From Eledone cirrhosa (lineage: Eukaryota): a stretch of 64,000 bases of DNA. A model generated the notes under the pieces. The model worked only from the letters and a program-made list of their open reading frames with translations, had not been told where the DNA came from and did no database searches. Positions 1-12,051 of this stretch are shown piece by piece (position 1 is the stretch's first letter; each line of letters starts with the position of its first letter). The translations under genes were made by a program, and so were the position numbers. The stretch covers positions 81,654,001 through 81,718,000 of the forward strand of contig OZ024741.1 in NCBI GenBank assembly GCA_964016885.1. The letters run 5' to 3'.

Positions 1-372
1 TCTGGCGTCGCTTGCGAAAGAGAAGGGAGGGAGAGAGACACATTTAGAGAAGGGAGGGAGAGAGACAATCTTCTCTCTGCTGTAGTGACGATTGAGGAAG
101 AAGAAGACGGAATGAGTGGGAGTGACCTATGAACATTCTTTTTCGTAGCCATGTTGTTTTTTTGTTTAAAATAAATATTGGGTACAAAACCCCAATAAGC
201 GGTTATTTAACCCCGAAGGGTCAAATAACGGACAGAGAGACCCCTGTCACGAGACGAGGAGGAGGGTGTTTTTGTCTACAAGTTGGTTAAAGTTTTAAAC
301 AATTTACAATTGTTATATGGGTCAAAATTTACAATACCTTACAGAGCCGAGCCTCCGTCAACCATAGCATTC
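1..372 (-). mobile_element. Probable 5' end (5'UTR plus ORF1 start) of a second L1/Tx1-like LINE running off the window's left edge
   Basis: Minus-strand ATG at 152 in the context aaaaaaacaacATGGCT opens a stop-free Ser-rich frame (MATKKNVHRSLPLIPSSSSSIVTTAERRLSLSLP...) to the edge. A ~220-nt leader abuts (AAT)n, the same layout as the Tx1 5' end at 11582-11793. No domain is visible. Confidence 0.4.

Positions 373-420
<48 letters not shown>
373..420 (+). repeat. (AAT)n microsatellite, retroelement target
   Basis: Perfect AAT run separating two element ends. Similar tracts lie at 2441-2492, 5811-5854, 11794-11820, 11998-12050 and 13044-13063. Confidence 0.97.
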
Positions 421-2440
421 CAGTCCGTAAGGTGGAAACTGTTGACAAGCGTTATGTCTGAGGAAATCTATCATCACCTCCACACAAACAACTTGTTACC
501 GGACGAACAGAAGTACAAAGGACCAGTTACTTATTGATAAGATGGTAATGAGGAATTGCAAGAGGAGACACACTGGTCTTGCCATGGGATGGATAGACTA
601 CAAAAAGGCATTTGACATGGTGCCTCATTCTTGGATCACCAAAATCCTGGAGATCTTCAAGGTGGCAGATAACATCAGACAGTTGTTGGGCAAAAGTATG
701 AAGTCCTGGGAAACAGAGTTAACATCAACTGGAGAATCCTTGGGAAGCGTGAAGATCAAGAGGGGTATCTTCCAGGGAGATAGTCTGTCCCCTGGAAGAT
801 TGTCTGTCCCCTGTTGTTTGTCCTGTTGTTTGTCCTTGCCCTGATGCCCCTGACCAGTGTACTGCGAAAAGTGAGAGCAGGATACAGGTTGGGAAAGGGA
901 GGGCTTACCATCAATCACCTCCTCTTCATGGAGAATCTTAAGCTCTTCGGGAAGAGTGAGAAGGAGTTGGATGTGCTTGTTGACACTGTCCGTATTTTCA
1001 GCAATGATATATGTATGCAATTTGGTATTAGTAAGTGTGGAGTCATTGTGATGAAGAGGGGTAAGTTGAGCAGAAGTAACGGAATCCAGGTAACAACAGG
1101 TGAGATGATAAAGGAAATTGACTCTGAAGAAGGATACAAGTATTTGGATGTTCTGGAGGCTGATGACACCAAGAACAAAAAAATGAAGGAATTGATAAGA
1201 ACTGAATACATTCGGAGAGTAAGGAGCGTATTAAAGTCACATCTGAACAGTAGGAATGCCATAAGTGCAGTAAATTCCCGAGCTGTGTCTATTATTAGGT
1301 ACAGTGCGGGAATTCTGAGATGGAATGTTGCTGAACAAAAAGAAATGGATAGGAAGACTAGGAAGCTATTGACTATCTACAACATGTTCCACAAGAGGAG
1401 TGATGTCAATAGACTCTACTTAAGGAGATCTGAAGGTGGAAGAGGTCTTATCAGCATAGAGGACTGTGTTCAGATGGAGAAAAAGAACCTACACAAATAC
1501 GTGACTGATAGTAAGGGGCCAATGCTCAGAACTGTACTGAAGGAGGGGACAATAGGCCAGAGGATGTCCAAGGAGGAAATAACATCAAGGAGAAAGAGCA
1601 GCCTTCAGGAAAAATCCCTTCATAGTACCTTCTTTGAGAAAACTGAATTTAGAGATCCACAGACATGGAACTGGTTGAAAAGAGGAGACCTTAAAAAGGC
1701 TACAGAAGGAATGTTAATGGCTGCGCTGGAGCAGGCCCTCAAAACGAAGTGGTTGAAACACCACATTTACAAGGAGGAGGCTAGCCCACTGTGCAGGATC
1801 TGTGGAGAGAGAGAGGAGACTGTGGCTCACATTGTATCCGAGTGTAAACACCTAGCCCAGACTCACTATAAGGGCTGGAGACATGATGTGATGGGCAGGG
1901 TGATCCACTGGCACCTATGCAAAGTAAACAATTTACCACATTCTGAGAAGTGGTATGAGCATAAGCCAGAGGCGGTGATAGAAAACGATCAGGTGAAGGT
2001 GCTGTGGGATTTTAGGATAAAGACGGACAAGAAACTGGAACACAATAGACCTGACCTGGTGGTTTTGGACAAAGAAAAAAGATCGTGCCTGATTGTGGAT
2101 GTGGCCTGCCCATTCGACACGAGAGTGCAAGAGAAGGAGAGGGAGAAAATTAACCGATACCAGGACTTAAAGTGGGAGGTAAAAAGGATTTGGAACTGCC
2201 ATGAAGTCAAAGTGATTCCGATTGTCATAGGCGCACTAGGGACTATCTCAAAAGGTTTCCAGGGATGGTTAAAGAAAATTGGCCCCTTCACGCTTTTTGG
2301 AACGCTTCAAAAGGCATGCTTGCTGGGAACAGCAAGAACCCTCCGATACGTCCTGAATATCTGAGGCTGCAGGTAGTGGCTTGATATTCACTTCAACAAA
2401 CTTTCCAGTTAACTAACATCAATGACTGAGACTCAAAGAG
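421..2440 (+). mobile_element. R4/Dong-clade non-LTR retrotransposon, 5'-truncated defective copy
   Basis: Highly similar to 3798-5810. Has a small deletion near 510 and an insertion near 793-812. The catalytic FMDD reads FMEN. Retains the CCHC finger (CRICGEREETVAHIVSEC), RHD and RPDLVV..DVACP RLE motifs, and a short 3'UTR followed by (TAA)n. Confidence 0.92.
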
Positions 2441-2451
2441 TAATAACAATG

Positions 2452-2492
<41 letters not shown>

Positions 2493-2493
<1 letters not shown>

Positions 2494-5400
2494 GAACTGT
2501 TATGCAATGCTACCTGAAAAGTAACCCCAAGGAGAGGGGCTACAGGAGACGGATGCATAACATCTGGAACGAGATTGGTTTATTTAAATTAGATGAACAA
2601 AAATTGGCCGGGCAGGCTCGGGTAATAAGAACTAATGGGTGGATAAGCGAGCTGGAACTGGAGGAACTGAGCAGAGAGAATGGCTTGGAGATGGCGGGTG
2701 TAGTATGCCAGACAAGCGAGCCGGCGGGAAATGAAGGTGAGGAGGTCCTGAGAACGGAGGAACCACCCGAAGCAGACAATGATCTGAATACTGAGATAAA
2801 TAATACCTGGAACAGAGATACGGCCACTGAGGAGATGAATGCTGACGGGCTAGGACAAGATTCGGTTGACATCCTAAATTTAGTGGTAGATGAGTTGAAC
2901 AATGATAGTGGGAGACCTATGAACCTAAGATTTGTAGACAGGAAAAAGTTAAAAGAAACAACAGCTAAGGTAAACAAAGTCATCCCATACCTTGAGGCGA
3001 GGAGTCTTCACCAGTGCAACAATATCCTCAAAGCAACAGCAAATACGGTGAGGAAACTACTTGGTATAAAAACGAGAGGAAACAACAGACAAGAAAGAGC
3101 AGAGCCGTGGTGGAAGAAGCGACTGAGTGGGCAAATCGGGGAAATGAGAAATGACATAGGAAAGCTTGAGTCACTACTGAATGGGACACTAAAAAACATA
3201 GGCACTAAAAATAGACTGGAAATAAAATACAAAACTAGGAGTAAAAAGCTAAATATTATCATAGAGGAATTGAAGCAACGCATTGTAGCAAAGAGTGCCA
3301 AAATCAGGCGATACGAGAACAGAGTCAGTCAGTATAAACAGAACCGCATGTTCGACAACAACCAGAAGATGCTGTTTGGACAGCTTGAGGGGAAAGAAAG
3401 AGGCAACGACTTGATCCCTGGGGCGGAACAAGCTAAAACATTCTGGAGAGGAATATGGGAGCAGGATGTTAGACACAATGCCCAGGCAGGGTGGATTGAG
3501 ACAGTACAGAGGGAGATCGGTGAGCAGGCACAGCAACAGACTGATTTGAGTATCACAGTTGAAACTCTTAAGGGGCAAGCCAAAAAACTAACCAACTGGA
3601 AATCACCAGGCCCAGATGGTGTGCAGGGGTATTGGATTAAACATTTAACATCCCTCCACCCGAAGCTGACGGCCATGTTCAATGACTGCTTGGTGTCGGG
3701 TGAGGTGCCAGAGTGGTTGGCAAAAGGTACCACAGTTCTGATAATGAAAGACCGAATCAAGGGTAATGATGTTACCAACTATAGACCTATCACATGTCTG
3801 CCCGTAATGTGGAAACTGTTGACGAGCATTGTGTCTGAGGAAATCTACCATCACCTCCACACAAACAACTTGTTGCCGGACGAACAGAAAGGATGCCGAA
3901 AGAAGTCACGTGGTACAAAGGACCAGTTGCTTATTGATAAGATGGTAATGGGGAATTGCAGGAGGAGACACACTGATCTTGCCATGGGATGGATAGACTA
4001 CAGAAAGGCATTTGACATGGTGCCTCATTCCTGGATCACCAAAAGCCTGGAGATCTTCAGGGTGGCAGATAACATCAGACAGTTGCTGGGCAGGAGTATG
4101 GGGTCCTGGGAGACAGAGTTGACATCAACTGGAGTATCCTTGGGAAGCGTGAAGATCAAGAGAGGTATCTTCCAGGGAGATAGCCTGTCCCCTCTGTTGT
4201 TTGTCCTTGCCCTGATGCCCTTGACCATTATGCTGCGAAAAGTGAGAGCAGGATACAAGTTGGGAAGGGGAGAGCTTACCATCAATCACCTCCTCTTCAT
4301 GGACGATCTTAAGCTCTTCGGGAAAAGTGAGAAGGAGTTGGATGTGCTTGTTGACACTGTCCGTATTTTCAGCAGTGATATATGTATGCAGTTTGGTATT
4401 GGTAAATGTGGAGTCATTGTGATGAGGAGGGGTAGGTTGAGCAGAAGTAACGGGATCCAGATACCAACAGGTGAGATGATAAAGGAAATTGACTCTGAGG
4501 AAGGATACAAGTATTTGGGCGTTCTGGAGGCTGATGGCATAAAGAACAAAAAAATGAAGGAATTGTTAAGAACTGAATACATTCGGAGAGTAAGGAGCGT
4601 ATTGAAGTCACATCTGAACAGCAGAAATGCCATAAGCGCAGTAAATTCCCGAGCTGTGTCTATTATTAGGTACAGTGCGGGAATTCTGAGATGGAATGTT
4701 GCTGAACAAAAAGAAATGGATAGGAAGACTAGGAAGCTATTGACTATCTACAACATGTTCCACAAGAGGAGTGATGTCGATAGACTCTACCTAAGGAGAT
4801 CTGAGGGTGGAAGAGGTCTTATCAGCATAGAGGACTGTGTTCAGATGGAGAAAAACAACCTATACAAATACGTGACCTATAGTAAGGAGCCAATGCTCAG
4901 AGCTGTACTGAAGGAGGGGACAGTAGGCCAGGGGATACCCAAGGAGGAAATAACATCAAGGAGGAAGAGCAGCCTTAAGGGAAAATCCCTTCATAGTACC
5001 TTCTTTGAGAAAACTGAATTTAGAGATCCACAGACATGGAACTGGTTGAGAAGAGGAGACCTCAAAAAGGCTACAGAAGGAATGCTAATGGCTGCGCAGG
5101 AGCAGGCCCTCAAAACGAAGTGGTTGAAGCACCATATCTACAAGGAGGAGGCTAGCCCACTGTGCAGGATCTGTGGAGAAAGAGAGGAGACTGTGGCTCA
5201 CATTGTATCCGAGTGTAAACACCTAGCCCAGACCCACTATAAGGGCTGGAGACACGATGTGATGGGCAGGGTGATCCACTGGCACCTGTGCAAAGTAAAC
5301 AATCTACCACATTCTGAGAAATGGTATGAGCATAGGCCAGAGGCGGTGATGGAGAACAGTCAGGTGAAGGTGCTGTGGGATTTTAGGATACAGACGGACA

Positions 5401-5810
5401 AAAAACTGGAACACAATAGACCTGACCTGGTGGTTGTGGACAAAGAAAAAAGATCGTGCCTGATTGTGGATGTGGCCTGCCCGTTCGACACGAGAGTTCA
5501 AGAGAAGGAGAGGGAGAAAATTAACCGATACCAGGACCTAAAGTGGGAGGTGAAAAGGATTTGGAACTGCCATGAAGTCAAAGTGATCCCGATTGTCAGA
5601 GGCGCACTGGGGACTATCTCCAAAGGTTTCCAGGGATGGTTAAAGAAAATCGGCCCCTTCACGCTTTTTGGAACGCTTCAAAAGGCATGCTTGCTTGGAA
5701 CGGCAAGAACCCTCCGATACGTCCTGAATATCTGAGGCTGCAGGTAGTGGCTTGATATTCAATCCAACGGACTTTCCAGTTAACCAACATCAATGACTGA
5801 GATTCAAGGA
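2493..5810 (+). mobile_element. R4/Dong-clade non-LTR retrotransposon, near full length, inserted in (AAT)n
   Basis: Single long ORF plus ~75-nt 3'UTR, flanked on both sides by AAT repeats. TAA-repeat targeting is established for Dong elements. Confidence 0.93.
2502..5735 (+). CDS. Reverse transcriptase plus restriction-like endonuclease polyprotein (1077 aa)
   Basis: R4-type N-terminus (CY.S.P..RGY..RM...W...EQ.L..Q..I). RT motifs WKSPGPDG, NYRPITCL, WIDYRKAFD, GIFQGDSLSP, HLLFMDDLKL, YKYLG. CCHC knuckle, RHD and PD-(D/E)xK nuclease (RPDLVV..DVACP..EKINRY). No stops. Confidence 0.95.
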   Translation: MQCYLKSNPKERGYRRRMHNIWNEIGLFKLDEQKLAGQARVIRTNGWISELELEELSRENGLEMAGVVCQTSEPAGNEGEEVLRTEEPPEADNDLNTEINNTWNRDTATEEMNADGLGQDSVDILNLVVDELNNDSGRPMNLRFVDRKKLKETTAKVNKVIPYLEARSLHQCNNILKATANTVRKLLGIKTRGNNRQERAEPWWKKRLSGQIGEMRNDIGKLESLLNGTLKNIGTKNRLEIKYKTRSKKLNIIIEELKQRIVAKSAKIRRYENRVSQYKQNRMFDNNQKMLFGQLEGKERGNDLIPGAEQAKTFWRGIWEQDVRHNAQAGWIETVQREIGEQAQQQTDLSITVETLKGQAKKLTNWKSPGPDGVQGYWIKHLTSLHPKLTAMFNDCLVSGEVPEWLAKGTTVLIMKDRIKGNDVTNYRPITCLPVMWKLLTSIVSEEIYHHLHTNNLLPDEQKGCRKKSRGTKDQLLIDKMVMGNCRRRHTDLAMGWIDYRKAFDMVPHSWITKSLEIFRVADNIRQLLGRSMGSWETELTSTGVSLGSVKIKRGIFQGDSLSPLLFVLALMPLTIMLRKVRAGYKLGRGELTINHLLFMDDLKLFGKSEKELDVLVDTVRIFSSDICMQFGIGKCGVIVMRRGRLSRSNGIQIPTGEMIKEIDSEEGYKYLGVLEADGIKNKKMKELLRTEYIRRVRSVLKSHLNSRNAISAVNSRAVSIIRYSAGILRWNVAEQKEMDRKTRKLLTIYNMFHKRSDVDRLYLRRSEGGRGLISIEDCVQMEKNNLYKYVTYSKEPMLRAVLKEGTVGQGIPKEEITSRRKSSLKGKSLHSTFFEKTEFRDPQTWNWLRRGDLKKATEGMLMAAQEQALKTKWLKHHIYKEEASPLCRICGEREETVAHIVSECKHLAQTHYKGWRHDVMGRVIHWHLCKVNNLPHSEKWYEHRPEAVMENSQVKVLWDFRIQTDKKLEHNRPDLVVVDKEKRSCLIVDVACPFDTRVQEKEREKINRYQDLKWEVKRIWNCHEVKVIPIVRGALGTISKGFQGWLKKIGPFTLFGTLQKACLLGTARTLRYVLNI

Positions 5811-5815
5811 ATAAC

Positions 5816-5855
<40 letters not shown>

Positions 5856-6097
5856 TTTTCTTTATTAACCACAAGGGTTCACATAAAGTAGACATTAAGG
5901 ACAGTGCAGGACAATACAGGACGGTACAAATGGGCATTTCTGCGTGTAAAAAAACAGAGGTTGAAATAAAATAACAAAGAAAAATTCCCCAATAGGGGGG
6001 AGACTTCCAAGGGACATTTGTGGAGAAAGCCCATTAAAAGACCACAGTGGCCCTGACCACCAGGGCAAGTGCCCTCTCCCAGTTTTCCACCTTTAAT

Positions 6098-9000
6098 TTA
6101 CAGACACATACTCAGAGAAAGCCCATTCATTCGGGCCATACTTGCTTCTCTCACCCATCTTTCAACAAAATGCTGGGAAGAGAGCACTTCCCTCTCTACC
6201 CTGATTTTCCTTTTCAAATGAAATTTGAAAAAGTTAATCAGGGCATCACCGAAGAGGTAAGTGCTCGTCTTCAGCCCTTTCAAACGTGTCCACCATACTA
6301 TCTCTTTCGCCATGGCCACCAGACAGATAAAAACTGCCTGCCATTCCAGGCTAAAGGAAGGGGGCGGGGCAATCCTCACGATGGACTCAGCTGATAGCTG
6401 GATCCGTCCTACACGTGACAGCAGGTGTTCGACATAAACCCACAAGTCAGCAATGCTCGGACACTGGACGAGTGCGTGCAGGACGGTTTCGTCGCCCTGC
6501 GCGCATCTCGGACATGCCCGGCTGACGGCACCTCCATGCCTGTAGAGTTTATCCCGAACTGGCAAAGCTCCTCGGTAGCACTGCCAGGCCAGGGATTTCT
6601 GGAAGTTGTCCATAGGCCCCGGCCCGAAAGTCCTTCCGAAGAGATTGGCTAGTTGATTTTCGTCGACGCCTAGAGTTTCTCCAAGTACGTCGTCGCTCTT
6701 CCCCTCCACTAATCCCCTATAGAACGCCAAGGTGGAGTTTCCACCGATCACATTGCCCAATTGGTCGAGGGCTGTGAGCGCCTGAAGACATTCCAGTCTC
6801 CAAGCGCTCCCTCTCGGTCTTCGCTTGACCCAGGACTGCAGCTCCGTCAAGGAGACGAGCTGGGGAAAAACGTGTCTTGCAAACGGCGACCACACCTGAT
6901 CACCGTCGAGGAAGAGGTGGAGATGTCGTAGCCTGAGCGCGTGTCGGCGCATCATCAGCCACGGCATGCCCAGCCCTCCACGTAGCGGGTGTTGACAGCA
7001 GATGGACCGCCTGACCATCGGAGCGCGTCCCTTCCACAAGAAGCGAAAGAGCAAACGCTCCAGCGCAGTCAGGCGGGGCTTAGGACAAGGTACGACGGTC
7101 AGGCGGTAGTAGATGACGGACGCGATGTACGCATTCGCCACCTCCGCTCGACCTTTCAGGGATAGCTTCCTCTCGGCCTATTTCTGGGTGAGAGAAGCCA
7201 CCCTGCTCGTCACCTCGTCCCAGTTTTTGTCCGTCTGGAGGTCTGGACCGAACCAGACCCCTAGCAATTTAACCAGTCCGTCCGTCCAGCGCCCGACGAC
7301 GCTGTTGGACGGCAGGGACCTGCCTCTCCAGGTGCCGAGCTGCAGGCCCACTGACTTTTCCTGGTTGATCATTGCTCCTGTCACCGCTTCGTATTCTCTT
7401 AGTGTAGTGCCGATCGCCTCGATGTGTTTGGCGTTCGACACCACTACGGTGACATCGTCGGCATATGCTGACACGGATCTTCCGCATCCTAGTTCGCGCG
7501 GGACCCCCCTCAACGTCTCCAGTTTGTGCAGTAATGGCTCGAGAGTCAATACGTACAATAGGGACGAGAGGGGACATCCTTGGCGGACCGAGCGCATGAT
7601 GTTGAACGGTTCCGAAAGGTGACCGTTCACTCTCACTACAGAGCAGATGTCGCTGTGCATGGCAGCGATCCAGCCTCTGAAGACGGGCCCAAAGCCAGCC
7701 GCCCTCAGGACTGCCGTTAGGTAACGATGGTCGACCCTATCGAAGGCTTTCGACTGATCTAAATTGATCAAGGACCCACCCGTGCCAGGTTCCCTAGCTA
7801 CCCTCTCTACGATGTATCGCATGAGGTGGAGGTTGTCGTGGATGGATCTGTCGGGAATGGCGCATGTCTGTGCCTCTCCCACCAGACCACCAACGACAAG
7901 CGCCAACCTCTTTGCTAGCACCTTGGCCAAAATCTTGAACTCTGTGTTTAGCAGAGTTATGGGCCTAAAATTATCTATGTTATCCCCCTTGTTCGGATCC
8001 TTTCTCAGCAGCGCCACCGCTCCTCGGCTCACAGAGCTGGGAATTCTCCCGTTCTGTTGCCAGTTGCAGTAGACGTCCGCCAAGAAGCCTCCGAACAAGT
8101 TTGGCATTTGTACGTAAAGTTCATAGGGCAGACCATCCAAACCAGGCGATTTACCCCTTGTGCAACTAGTCATTGCATCCCGTACTTCAGCGGTTGTTAT
8201 CGGCTTTTCGCAACACTCCGCCTCAGTGGCCGAAAGCCGCGGCAGTCCGTCGAGGTAGACACTAAAGTCCATCCCTCGATCCGGCCCGCCACTGCCCCCG
8301 AACAGTTGAGCGAAGTGTCGCTGAAAAGCTTCACACATTTGCCCGGGATCGAGTAGCATGCGCCCGTCGTGGTCCACCAAAGACAGGGTCTAGGCTTTGT
8401 TGCCACGACGCGCCTCCGCCACTCGGGCCCATTGAACGGCTTTCGTCCCCTCGTGTCTGAGAGCACGCACCCTAGCTCTGACAACGCAGCCTTCGTGCTT
8501 TGCATTGAAGAATTGGTCAAGGGCCAATTTCGCCGCAATACGTCGGTCGCGATGCCTTTGCTAAGCGCCTCATCTAATTTTCTAACTAATTCTCCCTCTG
8601 CTCTATTTTTCTCTATTGCTAAAGTCTTACTAAACCTAATGGACTCTATTCTAATTGCTCTTTTCAGAGCAAACCACCACTTGTTGTTGACGATGGCCCC
8701 CGTCAACGCCCGCTTAACTAGTTCGCTAATCCGGTCTCTGTAAGCCTTGCGCGCTGGTAAGGACGCGTTTAACTTCCAGTAGCCGGGTCCTCGTCTATGA
8801 AGCCTATCTAAGTCAAGCACACAGATTACGAATTTGTGGTCCGTGTAGCTGACTATCTTGAATTGTGGACAGCCTATGCTAGACCTATCTATTTCCCTAC
8901 AAAATACTCTATCTAGATATGATCTGGATGACCCTATGCGATTTGTCCAAGTCCACATTGGTACATTCGGGAAATCCATTCGGTACCTGTCAGACAGTTC

Positions 9001-9516
9001 AAAACGTCTGAGCAGGTTGGTGAGACTCTTGCACCCTCCTTCCCTATCCACTAATCCCACACAATCCCAGCGTGCATCTAAGATCCCGTTCCAGTCGCCC
9101 ACTAACACTAAAGAGCGGGACGTTCCAAGAAAGGTCTCCAGACGCCGGAAGAAATCAGGCCGCCCTGCTCCTGTCGGGGCATAGACGGCCACTAACCTGA
9201 AAGCCTGCCCGTCTCCGCTGGTCACGTCCAGCACCACCAACTTACCTTCTGGGTCCAGGAAGATGGCCCGTATGGCAAGATCCAAACCTCTCCGAAAAAG
9301 CACAGCAACTCCTCCCCCCGATCCCGGACGGCTGGGAGATGCGTACACATCGTAGCCGCCGAAGATCGGTGCGAAAGCCTGTGCTTCGGAGATTCTGGTC
9401 TCGCTGATGGCCACTACATCTATGTTTAGTGACCTGAGGTCGTTGAGCAGGTGGCCCTGCTTCCATGACGACCCCAAGCCACGCGCATTTATGCTGCCTA
9501 TTCTGAGTGAGGTCAT
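6098..9516 (-). pseudogene. Tx1-like ORF2 (APE endonuclease, RT, C-terminal CCHC), disrupted
   Basis: APE motifs SINARGL, AVYAP, GDWN, YLDRVF, TDH. RT motifs KSPGLDG, FRPITLLN, LDQSKAFDRV, RQGCPLS, YADD. C-terminal CPRC..ETVLHALVQC. One 1-nt frameshift near 8536, with in-frame TAGs near 8391 and at 7178-7180. The old copy near 41030 has TGG at the latter position. Confidence 0.9.
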
Positions 9517-9550
9517 GTTGAAAAGGTGTGGAAAAGATGGGAAAGACCAC

Positions 9551-11582
9551 TTACCTTACTTCTCGTAGGGGAAGGACGGCTTTTCCATCCTTTTCACTGC
9601 TTGTGGCCTCCTCAGGAAGGATGTCCTTATAAATCCTCCTGGAGAGTGCTTGTCGGAAGTCTCCGATGTCTTTGGGGAATTTTTGTTTTAGTGTCATGTA
9701 CGTTTTCTGTGTGATGCGAGTGATTTGTATGTGTGGAGGTGGTGTGAATTTTGGGGTTGTTGTGTAGTCTTTTTCTGTGATGCTTGGTGTTGTTGTGTAG
9801 TCTTTTTCTGTGATGCTGGTGTTGTGTTGGATGTAGTGTAATAATTGCTTGTTGTTCAAATTTAATGCTGTGTAGTGTGTATCGTTTTGGTTGTTTTGTT
9901 TTGTTTGCGTTTGTTGTGGGTTTGTTTCTGTTTCGCATTTTGGTGACTTTTGTGGTGTAGGTGATGGTGGTGCTGGGGATAATGATGGTGATGGTGTTGG
10001 TGTTTGGGTTGATGGGGTTGGTGATGCTGGTGTGGATGGTGGCATATCTGTCCTAACTTTTTTGTTTCTTAGTTTATTTGTTTCCCTCTGTATTTTGTTT
10101 TTGGAGGGGGAAGGAAGAGAATTTTTTCTTTTTTGGTTTCTTTTTTTTTTTCCGGATATCGTTTCCCACTCCTCGTCGTCACAATCTGTCTCCAGTTGTG
10201 ATAGGCCGGGGAGTGGAAAATCCTCCACAGCCGTTAGTTTTGGTTGTGGTGTGGTGGATGGTGTAGGCGCTGGTGCTAGTTCTGAAGCGTTGGGTGGTGA
10301 TGGTGTTGGTTTTGCTGGTGGTGGTAGTGGTGTTGGTTTTGCTACTGTTGCTGGGGTTGTTGCTGTTATAGATGCTTCTGTTGTTGCTGCTACAGTTGTT
10401 GCTGCCATCTCTGCTACTGGTGGTGTTGATGGTTGTGTCACTGGGGTGGGTAGGAGAGGTGGCCTCAACCTTTTAGCCTGAGGGCAGAAAGCCCTTAGGT
10501 GGGTTCCTTCACCACAAACGACACACCTAGGTCTTCTGCCCTCGACAATTACCGTGAGGTGGCTGCCGTCAGTGAGGTCTATTACCTCTGGGATCTCCTC
10601 AATGCTTTTTTGGTCCGCTTGGATCAGGAGCTCCATCCCAGATCCGGACCAGTTTTCCTGCTTTTCTTTTGCTACTGCTATTATTTTCTTGTTGGCTTCG
10701 ATGCCGGCGAGGACAGCCACTATTAGCCAGGGAATTTCGATGGCCGGTGGAACGTGGGTCACCTTGATCTTTACGAGTCTCTGGCCACAATAGCTTGGGA
10801 CGAGTGTGAGGTCGTCACTTTTTAATGGGGCCATGGAGTGTTCTCTAGCCTCCTCTGGTGTTTCAAAGAACACATCCACGGTTCCATACTTTTGCCCACG
10901 TCTGATGTGGGTTTTTCTTGCCCACACATGTCCCAAAGCTTTTTGGATTTGGGACTCGGATGCCCGTTCCACTCGGCGCGATTTTACATTTATTGTTCTA
11001 TACGACACGGTGCACAGGCGCCGATGCTCCATTTTATTAGGTGGGGTGGGGGGGGGGGGGGGTGAGGCTGACCCTGTACCCATCTTTCTTTACCATTTGT
11101 TTGGCATTTTCTAAATCTTCTTGAGTTACCGTGAACGCTTCGAATTGTTTTGCTACGATGGCGAAACTGAGGGTCGGTTTTATAATGTCATTGTTGTTGT
11201 TGTTGCTATCGTTAATATTAATTTTATTTTCAGTTGTGGTGGTGGTGACGTCAGTCGTCTTTGTTGGGGAAGAGTCCATTTTGCTTGATTTCATTTCGAC
11301 ATCACGAGTTAATTTATTTTTTTCTTCTTTTGTTTCTGTTGTCGCGGTGGTGGTGGTGGTGGTGGTTGTCGCGGTGGTGGTGGTGGTGGAGGCTTTAACA
11401 CCTGCAGTCATTGGTAATGGCGGGAAATGAATGTCTGCCTGAGACAAATTTAAAATATTGCTACTGCTTATATTTTTTTTTGTGTTGGCAAACTTAGTAA
11501 CATTTACAATGGTGGTGTCGGTGTGAGGTGTTATTTTGTGAGGAAGGCTTTCAGCTGGTTCGTGCAGAGGTGAAGCAGCCAT
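9551..11582 (-). CDS. Tx1-like ORF1 (gag-like, zinc knuckle), split by a frameshift in a G homopolymer
   Basis: ORFs 11582-11037 and 11083-9551 join across the G run near 11043-11062. Contains the CX2CX4HX4C knuckle CVVCGEGTHLRAFC, Pro/Thr-rich and basic tracts, and a 33-bp tandem duplication (SITEKDYTTTP twice). The frameshift may be a sequencing error. Confidence 0.8.
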
Positions 11583-11820
11583 TTTTTTTCAAAGAAATTT
11601 TTTTTGATAATAATAAAAGTTAAAATTTTGGGCACAAGGCCCCAATCTTTTTAGGTGTCCTTTTTGGAAAACAATGTATGTGTGCTTATAAACAGTTAAC
11701 AATAAAATTTTCCATAAATGGCAATTTTTAAACAAACGGAAATAACAAACCTTTGCGGAGCTCACGATAATACGATTTCCTACGTAGGTCACCAATAATA
11801 ATAATAATAATAATAATAAT

Positions 11821-11996
11821 TGTTTCTACCTTAGGCACAGGGCCAGCCATTACCCAGTGTATTACTGGTACTTTATTTTATCGACCCCGTAAGGATGAAA
11901 GGCAAAGTCAACCTCGGCGAGATTTGAACTCAGATCGTAAAGGGACGTAACTATGCTGGAAAGCATGGCATCCGACCCTCTACTGATACTGCCAAC

Positions 11997-12051
<55 letters not shown>

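Larger units (their letters stand above)
5855..11793 (-). mobile_element. Tx1-like (L1 group) LINE, apparently full length (~5.9 kb), flanked by (ATT)n in its own sense
   Basis: 5'UTR, ORF1, 34-nt spacer, ORF2, and a 3'UTR ending AATAAAGAAAAC(ATT)n. Both junctions lie in AAT tracts. Confidence 0.9.

Noticed and set aside
11040-11065. Programmed frameshift in Tx1 ORF1 (and at 26612-26625 in PLE B)
   Set aside because: Both fall in long G homopolymers, where sequencing or slippage indels are the simpler explanation.
625-11430. Antisense ORFs overlapping the LINE ORFs
   Set aside because: Shadow frames with no motifs.
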